A stretch of 64,000 bases of DNA from an uncultured Chloroflexia bacterium (GCA_963726215.1 CAVSBU010000012.1:6018-70017); one strand, 5' to 3'; shown: positions 40,888-52,015, numbered from the stretch's first letter. A program made the numbers and translations. Notes: generated from the letters alone by a model not told the origin.

Positions 40888-41534
40888 ATGACTCCTAAAG
40901 CGCTGTCACCAAAACAGGGACGTATACTCCAGTTCATCCGGAAATTTATCGATGCCAGAGGCTATCCACCCACGGTCAGAGATATCGTTAGTGGCTGCAA
41001 GATAAGCTCCACCTCGGTAGTTGCCTATAACCTGGCGAGGCTAGAAACAGCAGGATACATTCGCCGCCACGCTGACATATCACGCGGTATAGAACTTGTG
41101 GCACAATCGGCCAAGCAACCGCCATACTGTCACTATACCCGTAATAGGCGAAATAGCCGCCGGTGAGCCAATCCCAGTTCCTCATTCGGACACCTGGGAA
41201 ACTGTTGCCCCGGAAGAACTGGTGATCACTGAAGATTTGACGCGGGGCAAACAGAGAGTCTACGCCCTTAGGGTGAGAGGGAACTCAATGATTGACGCCC
41301 TGATAAAGGACGGCGATATTGTTTTAATGGAGTATGTAACCAATGCTGAAAATGGCGACATGGTAGCTGCCTGGCTCAAGGCAGAAAAGGAAGTTACCCT
41401 TAAAAGACTGTTCAGAGAGACCAACCGTATCCGACTCGAACCGGCTAATACTCAGATGCAACCCATCTATTACCACCCCGGATAATGTGGAAGTTCAAGG
41501 CAAGGTAATCACCGTGATTCGTCAGCTAGTCTGA
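40888..41534 (+). CDS. lexA: LexA repressor (two frame interruptions)
   Basis: Fragments 40888-41166 and 41096-41485 plus a tail. Evidence is LSPKQGRILQFIRKFIDARGYPPTVRDI, IPVIGEIAAGEPI, and RVRGNSMIDALIKDGDIV. Confidence 0.9.
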
Positions 41535-41591
41535 TGTGAATCTTCGGTTTGACTTTCAGCATAAAAGTAAAGTAGTGTAAAAGAAGGATAA

Positions 41592-42155
41592 ATGCTGATT
41601 TCTCAGTTTCAAGCCGTTGGGCGTGACCTCTGTGCTCGGGGTCTGGTGTCCTCTCACAGTGGCAATCTTAGTATCAGGCTGGGAGAACGCCTGTGCATCA
41701 CTCACCGAGGCAGCATGCTGAGCTGCCTTGAAGAACATGACCTCGTGGAAACCGGGATAAATAAAAATGACCGCTTCACGCCCTTAGCCTCAACAGAACT
41801 GGCAGTCCATCGTGCCATATATAAACGGACACCGGCTTCGGCCGTAGTCCATGCCCACCCCGCTTATGCAGTTGCCTTATCTTTTTCCGAACAGGAAATT
41901 ATCCCCTGTGACGTCGAAGGCAGCCTGATATTGTCAAAAGTGCCGGTTCTGGGTTGGGAAACAACTGTAAAGCCTGGAGAGCTTGCTGAAGAAATAGCCG
42001 AAGCGCTTCTGACGCACAAAATCGTTTTAGTACATGGTCATGGAAGCTTTGCTGCCGCTCAATTGCTTGAAGAAGCTTACCACTATACCACAACTTTAGA
42101 AGAAAGCTGCCGGCTTCTATACCTGCTCAAAACTCTGCGAATAGAGTTCCGCTAG
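41592..42155 (+). CDS. class II aldolase/adducin-family protein
   Basis: 187-aa intact ORF with SSHSGNLSIRLG...ELAVHRAIY...AVVHAHP...VHGHGSFA. Confidence 0.8.
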   Translation: MLISQFQAVGRDLCARGLVSSHSGNLSIRLGERLCITHRGSMLSCLEEHDLVETGINKNDRFTPLASTELAVHRAIYKRTPASAVVHAHPAYAVALSFSEQEIIPCDVEGSLILSKVPVLGWETTVKPGELAEEIAEALLTHKIVLVHGHGSFAAAQLLEEAYHYTTTLEESCRLLYLLKTLRIEFR

Positions 42156-42257
42156 CCCTTCAACTCTCAAATCTGCAACGATATTAACCTGGGACCAAAA
42201 TCAGCAGATAACCGGCGCCGGCAATAAGATTTTGGACTATTTGGCTAAACGTTGAGG

Positions 42258-43209
42258 TTAGCTCCGCCTGGTCTGTACCAATTTTGAATATGCCGGCGTG
42301 CACCAATGAAGATATTTAGGGTTTTTGCCCTTTATCACGTCAAAATAAAGGCGCTGAAGTTCCTTGGTTATTTTCCCTATTTCACCGTTGCCAACCCGGC
42401 GATGGTCAACTTCCAGGATAGGGCTTACGTGGGCGGCAGTGCCAGCTAAAAAATGCCTCATCAGCAACATAAAGCTCGCTGCGGTCAACCGACCTTTCCA
42501 CAACCTCTATGCCAAGCTCATTTCGGGCCAGGTACATAACCGTGTCTCGAGTAATACCCATCAGGATATTATCGGAGCTCGGTGGCGTTACCAGCTTACC
42601 CTCCAGGACAAGGAAGATATTCTCACCGCTGCCTTCAGAGACGTGACGGATGCCGTCGTGGTTCAATAAAATTGCTTCGTCGAAACCCAGTTCATTGGCT
42701 TCGGTCTTAGCCAGGGCGCTGTTAACATAGATGCCGGTAATCTTACCTCTGGCTGGAATCATAGTATCATCAACGCGCCTCCAGGAAGAGGTACAGCATC
42801 GAACCCCTTTGTCAGCATCTAAATAAGCGGGCAAAGTAGCTACTATGATAAGGAAATCGTCTTCTAAATCATGTAATTTAACTCCGATAGCTTCGGAGCT
42901 TTTGTAGGCCAAGGGGCGGATATAAACATCCTCATGATAGCCGCTCTTTTCCACCAGTTTAACGGTCAATTCTGTCATTTCATCAACTGAATAATGTGGA
43001 TTTATCTTCAAAATGCGACAGCCTTTATGCATACGCTCATAGTGGTCTTTAACACGGAACAAAAATAATTGCTTTTGCTCCTCATTCCAGTTGCCGCGAA
43101 TGCCCTCGAAACAAGCGGTACCATAATGCAGAGCATGGGTTAGAATTCCGACTTTAGCTTCGGCAAGTGGCATAAATTGCTTTCGGAAATAAGTATATGG
43201 AGGCATCAC
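42258..43209 (-). CDS. ilvE: branched-chain amino acid aminotransferase (frame interrupted)
   Basis: Fragments 42406-43209 and 42258-42503. Evidence is LHYGTACFEGIR and SEGSGENIFLV..GKLVTPP. Confidence 0.9.
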
Positions 43210-43284
43210 TACACTCCTTTTATCTAAATTTCATTGTGGAAAAGTCGGGCTTAATTATAACTTTGACTCTTGCTAAAGACAAGC

Positions 43285-44509
43285 TTAGCGGGAAAGCGAT
43301 GGCGTTTCGAGTATGTAATCACCTTCACGCCTATCGAATATATCTTTAAGTAGCAACGTGCGTCCGGTTTGAATTGCGGTAAAGCCGTATTTGTTGCGTA
43401 TACGGTCGATAGCTTTATCCAGATGCCCCAGTCGCTGCGGCCTGGAATCAAGTAGATTAAGCTGTTTGCCATAACTGACTAAGTTTGATACTCCAATGCC
43501 AATAAGTCGCACCGGTTTCCGCTTTCCAGCTCAGAGCCTGTTCCAGCAACTTAACTGCTCCGGCGAAAATTAATTCATCAGCATCTATTGCCTCTTTGGA
43601 ACTGAAGCGGCGTGTAATAGTTTCAAAATCGGAATACCTCAATTTTAAGGTTATAGTTCTGGCGTGCTTGGTCTCTTGACGCAGCTCAGCGCCGACTCGC
43701 TCACACAGATAACGCAGCATAGCTTGAAGAAAAACTTTATCGGAGGTGTCTTCAGCAAAAGTGGTTTCTCTGCTGATAGATTTGGCCTCGCCAGGTGCTT
43801 CTACCTCTCGGTTATCTATGCCATTGGCATAATGATGAATCATCAATCCAAAACTACCAAAACGATTCTTGATAACTTCAAGTGGCAAAACTGCTAACTG
43901 ACCAATAGTTTTTATTCCCATCGCCTTTAAAGATTGCTCTGTTTTTTTACCAACACCGGGTAAGCTGGCCACAGGTAACGGTGCTAAGAAGTCCTTTTCT
44001 TGTCCCGCAGCCACTTCAACCAGGCCATCTGGCTTACCTAAGTCAGAAGCAATCTTAGCCACCACTTTACAACTGGCCATACCTACCGAAGCAATCAGCT
44101 TAAGCTCCTTCTTGACACGCTCTTTTATGCGCGATGCTAGCTGATATGGGGTACCAAAAAGTTCACAGCCAGTAACATCAAGATAAGCCTCATCCAGCCC
44201 AGCTGGTTCCAGGCAGGGTGAAAAATCAGCCAGAATCGTCATAAATTTTTCTGATGCATCGCGATAGGCGGGAAAGCTACCTTGAAGGAAAATGGCCTGA
44301 GGACAGAGACGATAAGCCTGGGCCAGAGGCATGCCAGCTCGAATGCCAAAAACACGGGCTTCGTAGGAAGCTGAGGCTACCACGCCGCGGCGGTCAGGCC
44401 GCCCACCGACAACTACCGGCTTACCAACCAATTCTGGAGCCAGCGCTTGCTCCACAGAGACAAAGAAAGCATCGAGGTCAATATGTAAAATACAGCGATT
44501 CACGTCCAA
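43285..44509 (-). CDS. dinB: DNA polymerase IV (frame interrupted)
   Basis: Fragments 43457-44509 and 43285-43512. Evidence is ILHIDLDAFFVSVEQ, LDEAYLDVT, and LPGVGKKT. Confidence 0.9.
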
Positions 44510-44557
44510 GGCGATTATAGATTAGAGGCAAAAAGCTGACAAGAAGAACCTTAATTA

Positions 44558-44571
44558 CGAAAATTAGTTCG
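44558..44571. promoter_or_regulatory. candidate LexA (Cheo-type SOS) box upstream of dinB
   Basis: CGAAAATTAGTTCG differs at one position (5) from CGAACNNNNGTTCG. It lies 49-62 nt upstream of the dinB start codon (44509). Confidence 0.4.
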
Positions 44572-44614
44572 AGGCTGAATTCTCACACTACGCGGGACCT
44601 GAATGTTTCGTCTT

Positions 44615-45097
44615 TTACACAAACTTTGGCAATGGCACTTTCTTGGCATCCATTCCAAGCTCTTTAAGCCCCTTATTCCGTAATGTTTCCAGGAGTGACT
44701 TCAGTTTTTGGCGCTCGGCCTCAGAAAGTGAAGACAATATCTTTTGAACAGACTTCCTTTTCAGCGCCTGTTTATAAGCCTGCTGGCCCTTCTCAGTCAA
44801 GGTGACTCTTACCCAATTCTTTCTGTGTAAGTCTTTGGTTCTCTTCACCAGCCCAGCCTTTGCCATTCTGTCTAAAATTCCGGAAACTGAATGAGGCCGC
44901 CGGAATATCATTCGCGATATCTGAGCCGGTGTTGCCTTATCTCCGATAGCTTTGATAACAAACAAGACCTCAGCCTGTGTGGCTGGAAGGCCATATTGAC
45001 GCAGCTCCTCTTCCCTGGAATTGAATATTATGTCGCTCACTTGATGCAGCAAAACCCACAAGTTGTAATCCCGGTCTACATCTGAAACTTCTGGCAT
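44615..45097 (-). CDS. MarR-family transcriptional regulator
   Basis: 160-aa intact ORF with a winged-helix pattern: LPATQAEVLFVIKAIGDKATPAQISRMIFRRPHSVSGILDRMAKAGLV. Confidence 0.85.
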   Translation of the reverse strand: MPEVSDVDRDYNLWVLLHQVSDIIFNSREEELRQYGLPATQAEVLFVIKAIGDKATPAQISRMIFRRPHSVSGILDRMAKAGLVKRTKDLHRKNWVRVTLTEKGQQAYKQALKRKSVQKILSSLSEAERQKLKSLLETLRNKGLKELGMDAKKVPLPKFV

Positions 45098-45391
45098 AAT
45101 ATTCTCCTTCTTGAAATTCGAAGCAATCTAATTGCTGATAGGGCCCACTCGTCCAATCGGTAAATTAGCTCTCCAGCACAAAACTACCTGATAGGTTGAT
45201 TCTATCACAATAACCTGCAAAAAAACAACAACCTTTAGATAGCATCCTCATTGTTCGATAGTCAATCAAGCGTTTAAAGTATCAATACCCAGTACTAAAG
45301 TACCATTGCATAAAGCACTCTTGCATTATGAGATTTATCCTAACATAAAATAACATCTATGATAAGATTTTTTCTGTCTGAAACTGCCCCA

Positions 45392-45601
45392 CTACCCCTT
45401 GTCAGCTTTATTTGCCGACTGGCTTTTCGAGACCAAGGTCTTCATTCGGCGCTCGAGAGCTCCCCGCTCTAAAAGAACCAGCTTCTGGCATTTAAGGCAC
45501 TTTATCCGTATGTCAACCCCCAACTTCACCACCTGCCATTCATCACCTCCGCAAGGATGCTTTTTGCGTAAGCGAACTACATCGTCAACCTCTATTTCCA
45601 T
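45392..45601 (-). CDS. DUF951-family small protein
   Basis: 69-aa ORF reading VDDVVRLRKKHPCGGDEWQVVKLGVDIRIKCLKCQKLVLLER. Confidence 0.7.
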   Translation of the reverse strand: MEIEVDDVVRLRKKHPCGGDEWQVVKLGVDIRIKCLKCQKLVLLERGALERRMKTLVSKSQSANKADKG

Positions 45602-45606
45602 ATCGC

Positions 45607-46413
45607 TCAGCGGATAACCTGGCCAACTAACTTATTGATATCATCACGTAGCCCTTGTGCACTATGCCGAGCGGCTTGAGCAAAGTCTTTTCCTTTTGAA
45701 GCATAAAGAATTTGTCGAGAGACGGCGATAATCGCTTTTTCTCCCCTAGCGTCAATTCCATTTTTAACCGCCGAGGCCAGGTCACCACCCTGAGCCCCAA
45801 TACCCGGGATAAGAAGAGGCATCTCGGGACACAGTTGTCGAATAGCTTTCAACTCATCGGGATAAGTAGCCCCGACTACCAAGCCAATATTGCCACGTGT
45901 ATCCCAATTCTTGGCTTTACGAGCCACTGCCTCATACAGCGGCCTGCCCTGGGCATCGACCAGGCTCTGGAAATCTACCGCGCCGGGGTTAGAGGTCCGG
46001 CACAGGATAAAAATACCTTTATCTCCATATTCGAGGAACGGTTCAACCGAGTCATAACCCAGGTAAGGGCTAACTGTAGCGGCATCAAAGCCAAAGGTCT
46101 CAAAAAGGGCTTTGGCATAGGCTTTAGCCGTGTTGCCGATGTCGCCTCGCTTGCCATCGCCTATTACCGGGATATAATCGGGTATATGCTCAATGGTCTT
46201 CTGTAAAACTTTAAGCCCATCGATACCCAAAGCTTCGTAAAAGGCCAGATTTGGCTTATAAGCACATGCCAGGTCAGCCGTGGCATCGACGATAGCCTTA
46301 TTAAACTCAAAAAGATCCACTTTCGGCATGAGCGTCACGTCAGGGTCCAGCCCAATACAAAGCAAGCTCTTGTTTCGCCGGCCGGCTGACAGCAACTTGT
46401 CAATAAATTTCAT
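45607..46413 (-). CDS. pyrF: orotidine 5'-phosphate decarboxylase (type 2)
   Basis: 268-aa intact ORF with LCIGLDPD, DGKRGDIGNT and LPGIGAQGGD. Confidence 0.9.
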   Translation of the reverse strand: MKFIDKLLSAGRRNKSLLCIGLDPDVTLMPKVDLFEFNKAIVDATADLACAYKPNLAFYEALGIDGLKVLQKTIEHIPDYIPVIGDGKRGDIGNTAKAYAKALFETFGFDAATVSPYLGYDSVEPFLEYGDKGIFILCRTSNPGAVDFQSLVDAQGRPLYEAVARKAKNWDTRGNIGLVVGATYPDELKAIRQLCPEMPLLIPGIGAQGGDLASAVKNGIDARGEKAIIAVSRQILYASKGKDFAQAARHSAQGLRDDINKLVGQVIR

Positions 46414-46568
46414 GTGTAACCCGAATTATAGCCTAAGAAGACAAAGCTTCCAAGCCATGTGGTAATAGTGCCTATGATACAGGATATACGCAGTCTCCGC
46501 TTCTTAATAACAAAACAACAGACTGCGCAGGCCATTCACCTTCTTACCATATCATAGAATCTTACTTT

Positions 46569-46598
46569 TTGACAGGGTAACACAGAGTCGGGTATGAT
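46569..46598 (+). promoter_or_regulatory. candidate sigma70-type promoter for the grx-like/FDR pair
   Basis: TTGACA (46569-46574), 18-nt spacer, TATGAT (46593-46598). Confidence 0.3.
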
Positions 46599-46733
46599 TC
46601 TAAGATACACAGTGAGATTGAAGATAATACTCTGGCCGGTGAAAAAATCGTAGACCTTCTTCTGGCGCCATTTATAGACAAAGTATATTGCACGAGGAAA
46701 TAAAATTAAACTCACTAATAAGGAGATAAGACA

Positions 46734-47017
46734 ATGGCTTTAACACATGTACCCGGCAAGAACGCAGGACATCTGGTTTTGTATGCCTTAAGTACCTGCC
46801 CCTGGTGCAAAAAGACAAAGAAATTGCTGGACGACCTGGGTGTAGAATACGATTACGCCGATATCGACCTGCTGACAGGCTGGTGAGAAGGATGAGGCTA
46901 TAAACATAGATAAAGAAATGGAACCCACGCAGTTCGTTCCCCACGCTGGTAATAAACGATAGTCTATGCATAGTCGGTTTTGAGGAAGACAAAATTCGGA
47001 AGGCGTTGAAATTGTGA
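46734..47017 (+). CDS. glutaredoxin-like small redox protein (two frame interruptions)
   Basis: SD AGGAG then ATG 46734. It reads [47 protein letters not shown], and later frames restore ...[25 protein letters not shown]. The stop overlaps the next start (GTGA). Confidence 0.65.
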
Positions 47018-47526
47018 CTGGAGAAATAGCAGTAATCCCAGGCGAAATTGATAAATTATATGAGAGGTTAAAAGCCGAAGCTGAGGCTGGCGGCTACCAT
47101 CTCAATCCGGAGGTTACGTTCACCAAAGAACTGGTTAAGGGATTGCTCATAAATCAAAAGAGGTACGGGTACCCTGCTTGCCCGTGCAGGCTATCGTCCG
47201 GAAAAAGAGAGGATGACCTTGATATTATCTGTCCTTGCGATTACCGAGACCCAGACCTCGGTGACTACGACACATGTTATTGCGGTCTCTATGTTTCTGA
47301 TGCTGTGGTAAAAGGTAAAAAACAGATTGGCACCATACCCGAGCGGCGGCCACCCGTTGCAGAAAGAAAACTATCAAAACCAAAACCAGCGCCGGGTGCC
47401 GTCATGTCCCTACCTCTCCCAGTATGGCGGTGCAAAGTCTGTGGCTATCTATGTGCCAGAGATGATCCACCCGAAGTATGCCCCATATGCAAAGCTACGA
47501 GAGACCGGTTTGAACGTTTTATGTAG
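47014..47526 (+). CDS. ferredoxin:thioredoxin-reductase catalytic-subunit homolog fused to a rubredoxin domain (FDR-like)
   Basis: 170-aa intact ORF. The FTR-type Cys pattern is CPCR...CPC...CYC, and the C-terminal rubredoxin knuckles are CKVCGY...CPIC. Confidence 0.8.
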   Translation: MTGEIAVIPGEIDKLYERLKAEAEAGGYHLNPEVTFTKELVKGLLINQKRYGYPACPCRLSSGKREDDLDIICPCDYRDPDLGDYDTCYCGLYVSDAVVKGKKQIGTIPERRPPVAERKLSKPKPAPGAVMSLPLPVWRCKVCGYLCARDDPPEVCPICKATRDRFERFM

Positions 47527-47644
47527 CTATATGACTTGTAATTGCTTCCCGACTAAAATAGTCAGCCCAATCTCTTAATCAGACTCCGTAGAAAATAACG
47601 TCTAATTTCTCCTACTAGAAATTATCAATATGGTGAATATTTAA

Positions 47645-48994
47645 ATGGATTACCAGCAGGCTGAAGATTACATTCTAAGTTTCACCGACTACGAGAAAAT
47701 GCCCGGCATCGCCTACACATCGGCTAACTATGACCTGAGGCGAATGGAAAAGCTTCTGCAACCATTGGGGAATCCGCATCTAGGGACAAGAACAGTTCAT
47801 ATAGCCGGCACCAAGGGTAAAGGTAGTACAGCAGCCATGATTTCCCAAACACTTATCGCTGCTGGCTACAGGACAGGGCTATTTACCTCGCCACATCTTC
47901 ATACCCTAAGAGAGCGAATAAGGATTAACGGCGCTATGATTTCCGAGGCTGATTTCGCTGCTCTAGTAACGGAGCTAAAACCAATCGTTGAATCGGTAAA
48001 CAAACAGGCTGCTTTCGGTGAACTGACTACTTTTGAGATATTGACAGCCGTTGTTTTCGCCTATTTCAAAAAGAATCGCGTGGATTTTCAGGTGTTGGAG
48101 GTTGGATTAGGAGGCAGACTGGATGCCACTAACGTGGTCAAACCTGATGTCTGCGTCATTACCTCACTTAGCCTTGACCATACCGAGATTTTAGGCGACA
48201 GTGTCGCTAAGATAGCCGCTGAAAAGGCGGGCATAATCAAGCCGGGATGTATTGTAGTCAATGCGCCACAAGTCGACGAGGCAGCCCAAGTAATTAAGCA
48301 AGTTTGCCATCAACAGCGAGCAGACTTAATTCAAGTCGGCCAGGATGTTACCTGGCATAAGACAAGCGGGGACCTAAATGGGCAGACCTTGACAGTTTTC
48401 ACCAAAAGCGGACACTACGACCTCACTATTCCGCTTCTCGGCGACCACCAACTGGAGAATGCAGCCACGGCAGTGGCCGCCATAGAAGCGCTGGTATCCC
48501 TTGGAACCAGTATTTCATCCCAGAACATAGCTCAAGGGTTAAGCCAGGTAAGCTGGCCAGGCAGGCTTCAGATATTAAACCGCGAGCCGACGGTAGTCGT
48601 CGACGGAGCTCACAATGCCTATTCAATGAGTAAATTGGTAGAAGCTGTTAAAGAATATTTTGACTATAAAAGGTGTTTTGTTATTTTTGGAACTTCGTGT
48701 GATAAAGATATCTCCGGAATGGCACAAGAACTCGAATCCCTTAGCAACCATATCATCATTACCAGTTCTTCTCATCCGAGAGCGGCTTCCATCTCATTAC
48801 TAGCCGAAAAGTTTAATAGTTTGGGTGTCAAAGCGATGACAGTGGGAAATGTCATGGAGGCTTTATCTAAGGCTCTAGCTTCAGCCAAAAAGACGGACCT
48901 AATTCTGATTACAGGGTCGCTCTTCGTTGTGGCCGAGGCAATTGATTACATTACGAAGGCAAGAGCACCCATGGCAGCCGATGATATTAAGTAG
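47645..48994 (+). CDS. folC: folylpolyglutamate synthase / dihydrofolate synthase
   Basis: 449-aa intact ORF with HIAGTKGKGST, EVGLGGRLDATN and DGAHN. Confidence 0.9.
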   Translation: MDYQQAEDYILSFTDYEKMPGIAYTSANYDLRRMEKLLQPLGNPHLGTRTVHIAGTKGKGSTAAMISQTLIAAGYRTGLFTSPHLHTLRERIRINGAMISEADFAALVTELKPIVESVNKQAAFGELTTFEILTAVVFAYFKKNRVDFQVLEVGLGGRLDATNVVKPDVCVITSLSLDHTEILGDSVAKIAAEKAGIIKPGCIVVNAPQVDEAAQVIKQVCHQQRADLIQVGQDVTWHKTSGDLNGQTLTVFTKSGHYDLTIPLLGDHQLENAATAVAAIEALVSLGTSISSQNIAQGLSQVSWPGRLQILNREPTVVVDGAHNAYSMSKLVEAVKEYFDYKRCFVIFGTSCDKDISGMAQELESLSNHIIITSSSHPRAASISLLAEKFNSLGVKAMTVGNVMEALSKALASAKKTDLILITGSLFVVAEAIDYITKARAPMAADDIK

Positions 48995-49239
48995 AAGGAG
49001 TAACCGCCTCTTTAGCTAATACTCCGGCGAAAAGCCGTTGTAATGCCATTGTATGACTACAGGTACCTCGTTGGGAAAAGAATTGACAGGTGCAATGCCA
49101 CTTCTTGCCTTTGTAACTTACGGTATAATTATTGTGGTCACCGCGGAAATTCTGCAGCGAACTCTGACAGTGTCACGCGGTCAGGTTCTTCAGCATAGCG
49201 TTTGGCTTTCTCTACCTTGCCGATTAAGCTGGACTGCAT
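48987..49239 (-). CDS. small SWIM-zinc-finger protein (frame interrupted)
   Basis: SD GAGGT then ATG (complement 49237-49239). It reads MQSSLIGKVEKAKRYAEEPDRVTLSEFAAEF, and a shift restores GDHNNYTVSYKGKKWHCTCQFFSQRGTCSHTMAL (CxC...CxH). The 3' end is approximate. Confidence 0.5.
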
Positions 49240-49354
49240 AATAAAACCTCCGCAACCAAGTATATAACGCATCTGTGAAAAAGTCTATGAATACAATTTC
49301 CTTGCCTTTAAGCCCAATCACAAGCTAAAATACATAGAATCGGGAAAAACATAA

Positions 49355-50710
49355 ATGCGGGATGAGCTTACCAATGCTTTGAAGGCACCTGGCGCCGATT
49401 ATATCGAGATTCGGGTTGAGGAAAACAAAGCAACCCGCCTTGTCTACCACGGTAAAAGATTGGAGGAGGTAGGCAGAACATCCAGCCTTGGCGGCAATGT
49501 GCGGGCTCTGGTCAAAGGCGGCTGGGGCTTCGTCAGCTTCAATAACATCCAGAATCTTCAAGACAATGTGGAGCTAGCTATAAAAGTGGCCAGGCTTATC
49601 GGCAAAGAAGATTTTCGCCTTAGCCCAACAGAACCGATAATCGATGTGGTAACGACCGGAGAAAAGGTTCCATTGAGCATCTCACTGGCATCGAAGAAAC
49701 GACTGCTTGATGAATATAATGACATTATTCTGAGCACACCTAAGATCCGAACATCCAGCATCGGGTGCCAGGACAGTCAGAAGAAGATAACTTTTGCCAA
49801 CTCCGAAGGCACTTATATAGAGCAAACGAGAGCAGATATCAATATGCGTCTAACAGCTATAGCTGCAGAAAACGGGGAGGTCCAGCAGATTGGGTTGAGT
49901 CTAGGTAGCCCGGGTGATTTTTCGGCTATAGAGGGTTTGCAGCAGCAGGTAAAACAAATGGCACAGCGAGCAGTAAAGCTGCTCTCTGCTCCTCAGGCCA
50001 AAGGAGGCGAATATACAGTTGTCCTGGACCCAATCCTGGCCGGCGTATTCGCTCACGAAGCCTTCGGGCATTTATCTGAGGCAGACCACGTTTACGAAAA
50101 CAAGCGACTGCAAGAAATTATGGTCCTGGGCAGAAGATTCGGCGATAAACATCTCAATATTGTCGATGGCGCCGCTGTTCCCGGGCTGCGAGGCAGCTAT
50201 AAATATGACGATGAGGGAGTTCCGGCAACCAAAACATACCTTATCCGGGAAGGCGTACTCGAAAGCAGACTGCACTCTCGAGAGACGGCTGCCAAGATGC
50301 GAGAAAAAACTACGGGAAATGCCCGGGCAATTAGCTATTCTTTCCCGCCGATAGTCAGGATGACTAACACCTACATTGAACCGGGAATCCTATCTTTTGA
50401 AGATATTATCAGCGACATCAAAGAAGGAATATATGCCAAGGACTGGTACGGAGGGACAACCAGCCTGGAGATGTTCACTTTCTCTGCTGCGGAAGCTTAT
50501 ATGATTCGCAACGGCAAGATAGCAGAATTGCTTCGCCCTGTAGTACTCAGCGGCAACGTCTTCGTCACTCTGGGCAATATAGATGCCATCGGCAATGATT
50601 TGGAGATGAATCAGGGCGGTGGCTGTGGTAAACGCGGACAGATGCCCCTGCCTGTTTCAAATGGCAGTCCACATATAAGAATTCGCCGTTGTCTGGTCGG
50701 AGGCAGCTAA
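49355..50710 (+). CDS. tldD: TldD-family metallopeptidase
   Basis: 451-aa intact ORF with HEAFGHLSEAD and the C-terminal GGGCGKRGQ. Confidence 0.85.
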   Translation: MRDELTNALKAPGADYIEIRVEENKATRLVYHGKRLEEVGRTSSLGGNVRALVKGGWGFVSFNNIQNLQDNVELAIKVARLIGKEDFRLSPTEPIIDVVTTGEKVPLSISLASKKRLLDEYNDIILSTPKIRTSSIGCQDSQKKITFANSEGTYIEQTRADINMRLTAIAAENGEVQQIGLSLGSPGDFSAIEGLQQQVKQMAQRAVKLLSAPQAKGGEYTVVLDPILAGVFAHEAFGHLSEADHVYENKRLQEIMVLGRRFGDKHLNIVDGAAVPGLRGSYKYDDEGVPATKTYLIREGVLESRLHSRETAAKMREKTTGNARAISYSFPPIVRMTNTYIEPGILSFEDIISDIKEGIYAKDWYGGTTSLEMFTFSAAEAYMIRNGKIAELLRPVVLSGNVFVTLGNIDAIGNDLEMNQGGGCGKRGQMPLPVSNGSPHIRIRRCLVGGS

Positions 50711-52015
50711 GTGGAAGAGATTCTATCGCAGGCCAAGAAAATAGCAGAACAGGCTGAAGTATTTCAAGTCTCCTCTAGAATAACCCCCGTCAATTTTGAA
50801 GCTAACCGGCTGAAAGAAATTCAAGCCAAGGAAAGCACAACTAATGCTTTAAGACTTATTAAAGGCGGCAAAGTCGGCTTCGCTCAGGCTAATGGTTTTA
50901 TCGAACCAAAAAAGTTAGTCGAAATGGCAGAGGAGACATGTCAATTTGGTACGCCAGCCAAATTCAACTTTCCCGGCCCGAAGGTTTATCCCAGGATAGA
51001 TGTCTTTGATTCACAGATAGAAAAGGTAAATATAGAGAGTATGGTCCAGCTCGGAGAACAGCTCATTGCTGCCGTAACACGGCACACCCCTTCTATCGTG
51101 TGCGAAGCAATGGTCACCAAGGGAATTATCTCGGTTAATATCATTAATTCCGAAGGTGGCAATGCCAGTTACAGTAAAAGCTTCTTCAACGTGAGCCTGG
51201 AAGGTGTCCTTATCAAAAATGAGGACATGCTCTTCGTTGGCGATAGCCTGAGTTCATGCCACCCCATCGTTGATTTCAAGCCGATAGCTGAAGAGGTAAT
51301 AATGCAGTTAGACCTGGCCAAGAGAAACGCCAGTCTGTCAACCAAGTTGATGCCCGCGATTTTCACACCGCGTGGCGTAGCCAGCGCACTAACCTCCCCA
51401 TTGATTTCAGCTTTCAATGGTAAAATAGTATTTGACGGTGCTTCGCCCTTGAAGGACAAGCTGGGGCTTCAAGTTTTTGATAAAAACTTTTCGTTGTGGG
51501 ATGATGCTACTCTGCCCTATCAGGTAGCCAGCTATCCCTGCGACGACGAAGGTGTGCCAAGCCAACGAACTTCGCTTATTGACAGTGGAGTTGTATCACA
51601 TTTCATTTATGACCTGCAGACAGCAGCTCTGGCTAAAACACAAAGCACTGGTAATGGCGACCGTCACGGTGGCGTGCCGGCGCCTTCTCCAAGCTCCTTA
51701 ATCATAGACAAGGGTGATACTTCTTTTGGGGACATGGTAAAAGATGTAAAAGAGGGTTTAATAATAGATACGCTGATAGGTGCCGAGCAGGGAAACATAT
51801 TAAACGGGGATTTTAGTGGCAATGTTTTACTTGGCTATAAGATAGAGAATGGAGAAATAACAGGCAGAGTGAAGGATACTATGGTCGCCGGTAATGTTTA
51901 TCAGCTTTTGAAACAAATTGAAGCTATAGGGAAAGATGCCAGGTGGGTCGAAGGTTTTCTCTGGACTCCCTGCCTCTACTGCTCTAGTTTATCGGTAGCC
52001 TCGAAGACAGGATGA
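50711..52015 (+). CDS. pmbA: PmbA/TldE-family peptidase partner
   Basis: 434-aa intact ORF of the TldD/PmbA fold. Its GTG start abuts the tldD stop. Confidence 0.8.
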   Translation: MEEILSQAKKIAEQAEVFQVSSRITPVNFEANRLKEIQAKESTTNALRLIKGGKVGFAQANGFIEPKKLVEMAEETCQFGTPAKFNFPGPKVYPRIDVFDSQIEKVNIESMVQLGEQLIAAVTRHTPSIVCEAMVTKGIISVNIINSEGGNASYSKSFFNVSLEGVLIKNEDMLFVGDSLSSCHPIVDFKPIAEEVIMQLDLAKRNASLSTKLMPAIFTPRGVASALTSPLISAFNGKIVFDGASPLKDKLGLQVFDKNFSLWDDATLPYQVASYPCDDEGVPSQRTSLIDSGVVSHFIYDLQTAALAKTQSTGNGDRHGGVPAPSPSSLIIDKGDTSFGDMVKDVKEGLIIDTLIGAEQGNILNGDFSGNVLLGYKIENGEITGRVKDTMVAGNVYQLLKQIEAIGKDARWVEGFLWTPCLYCSSLSVASKTG

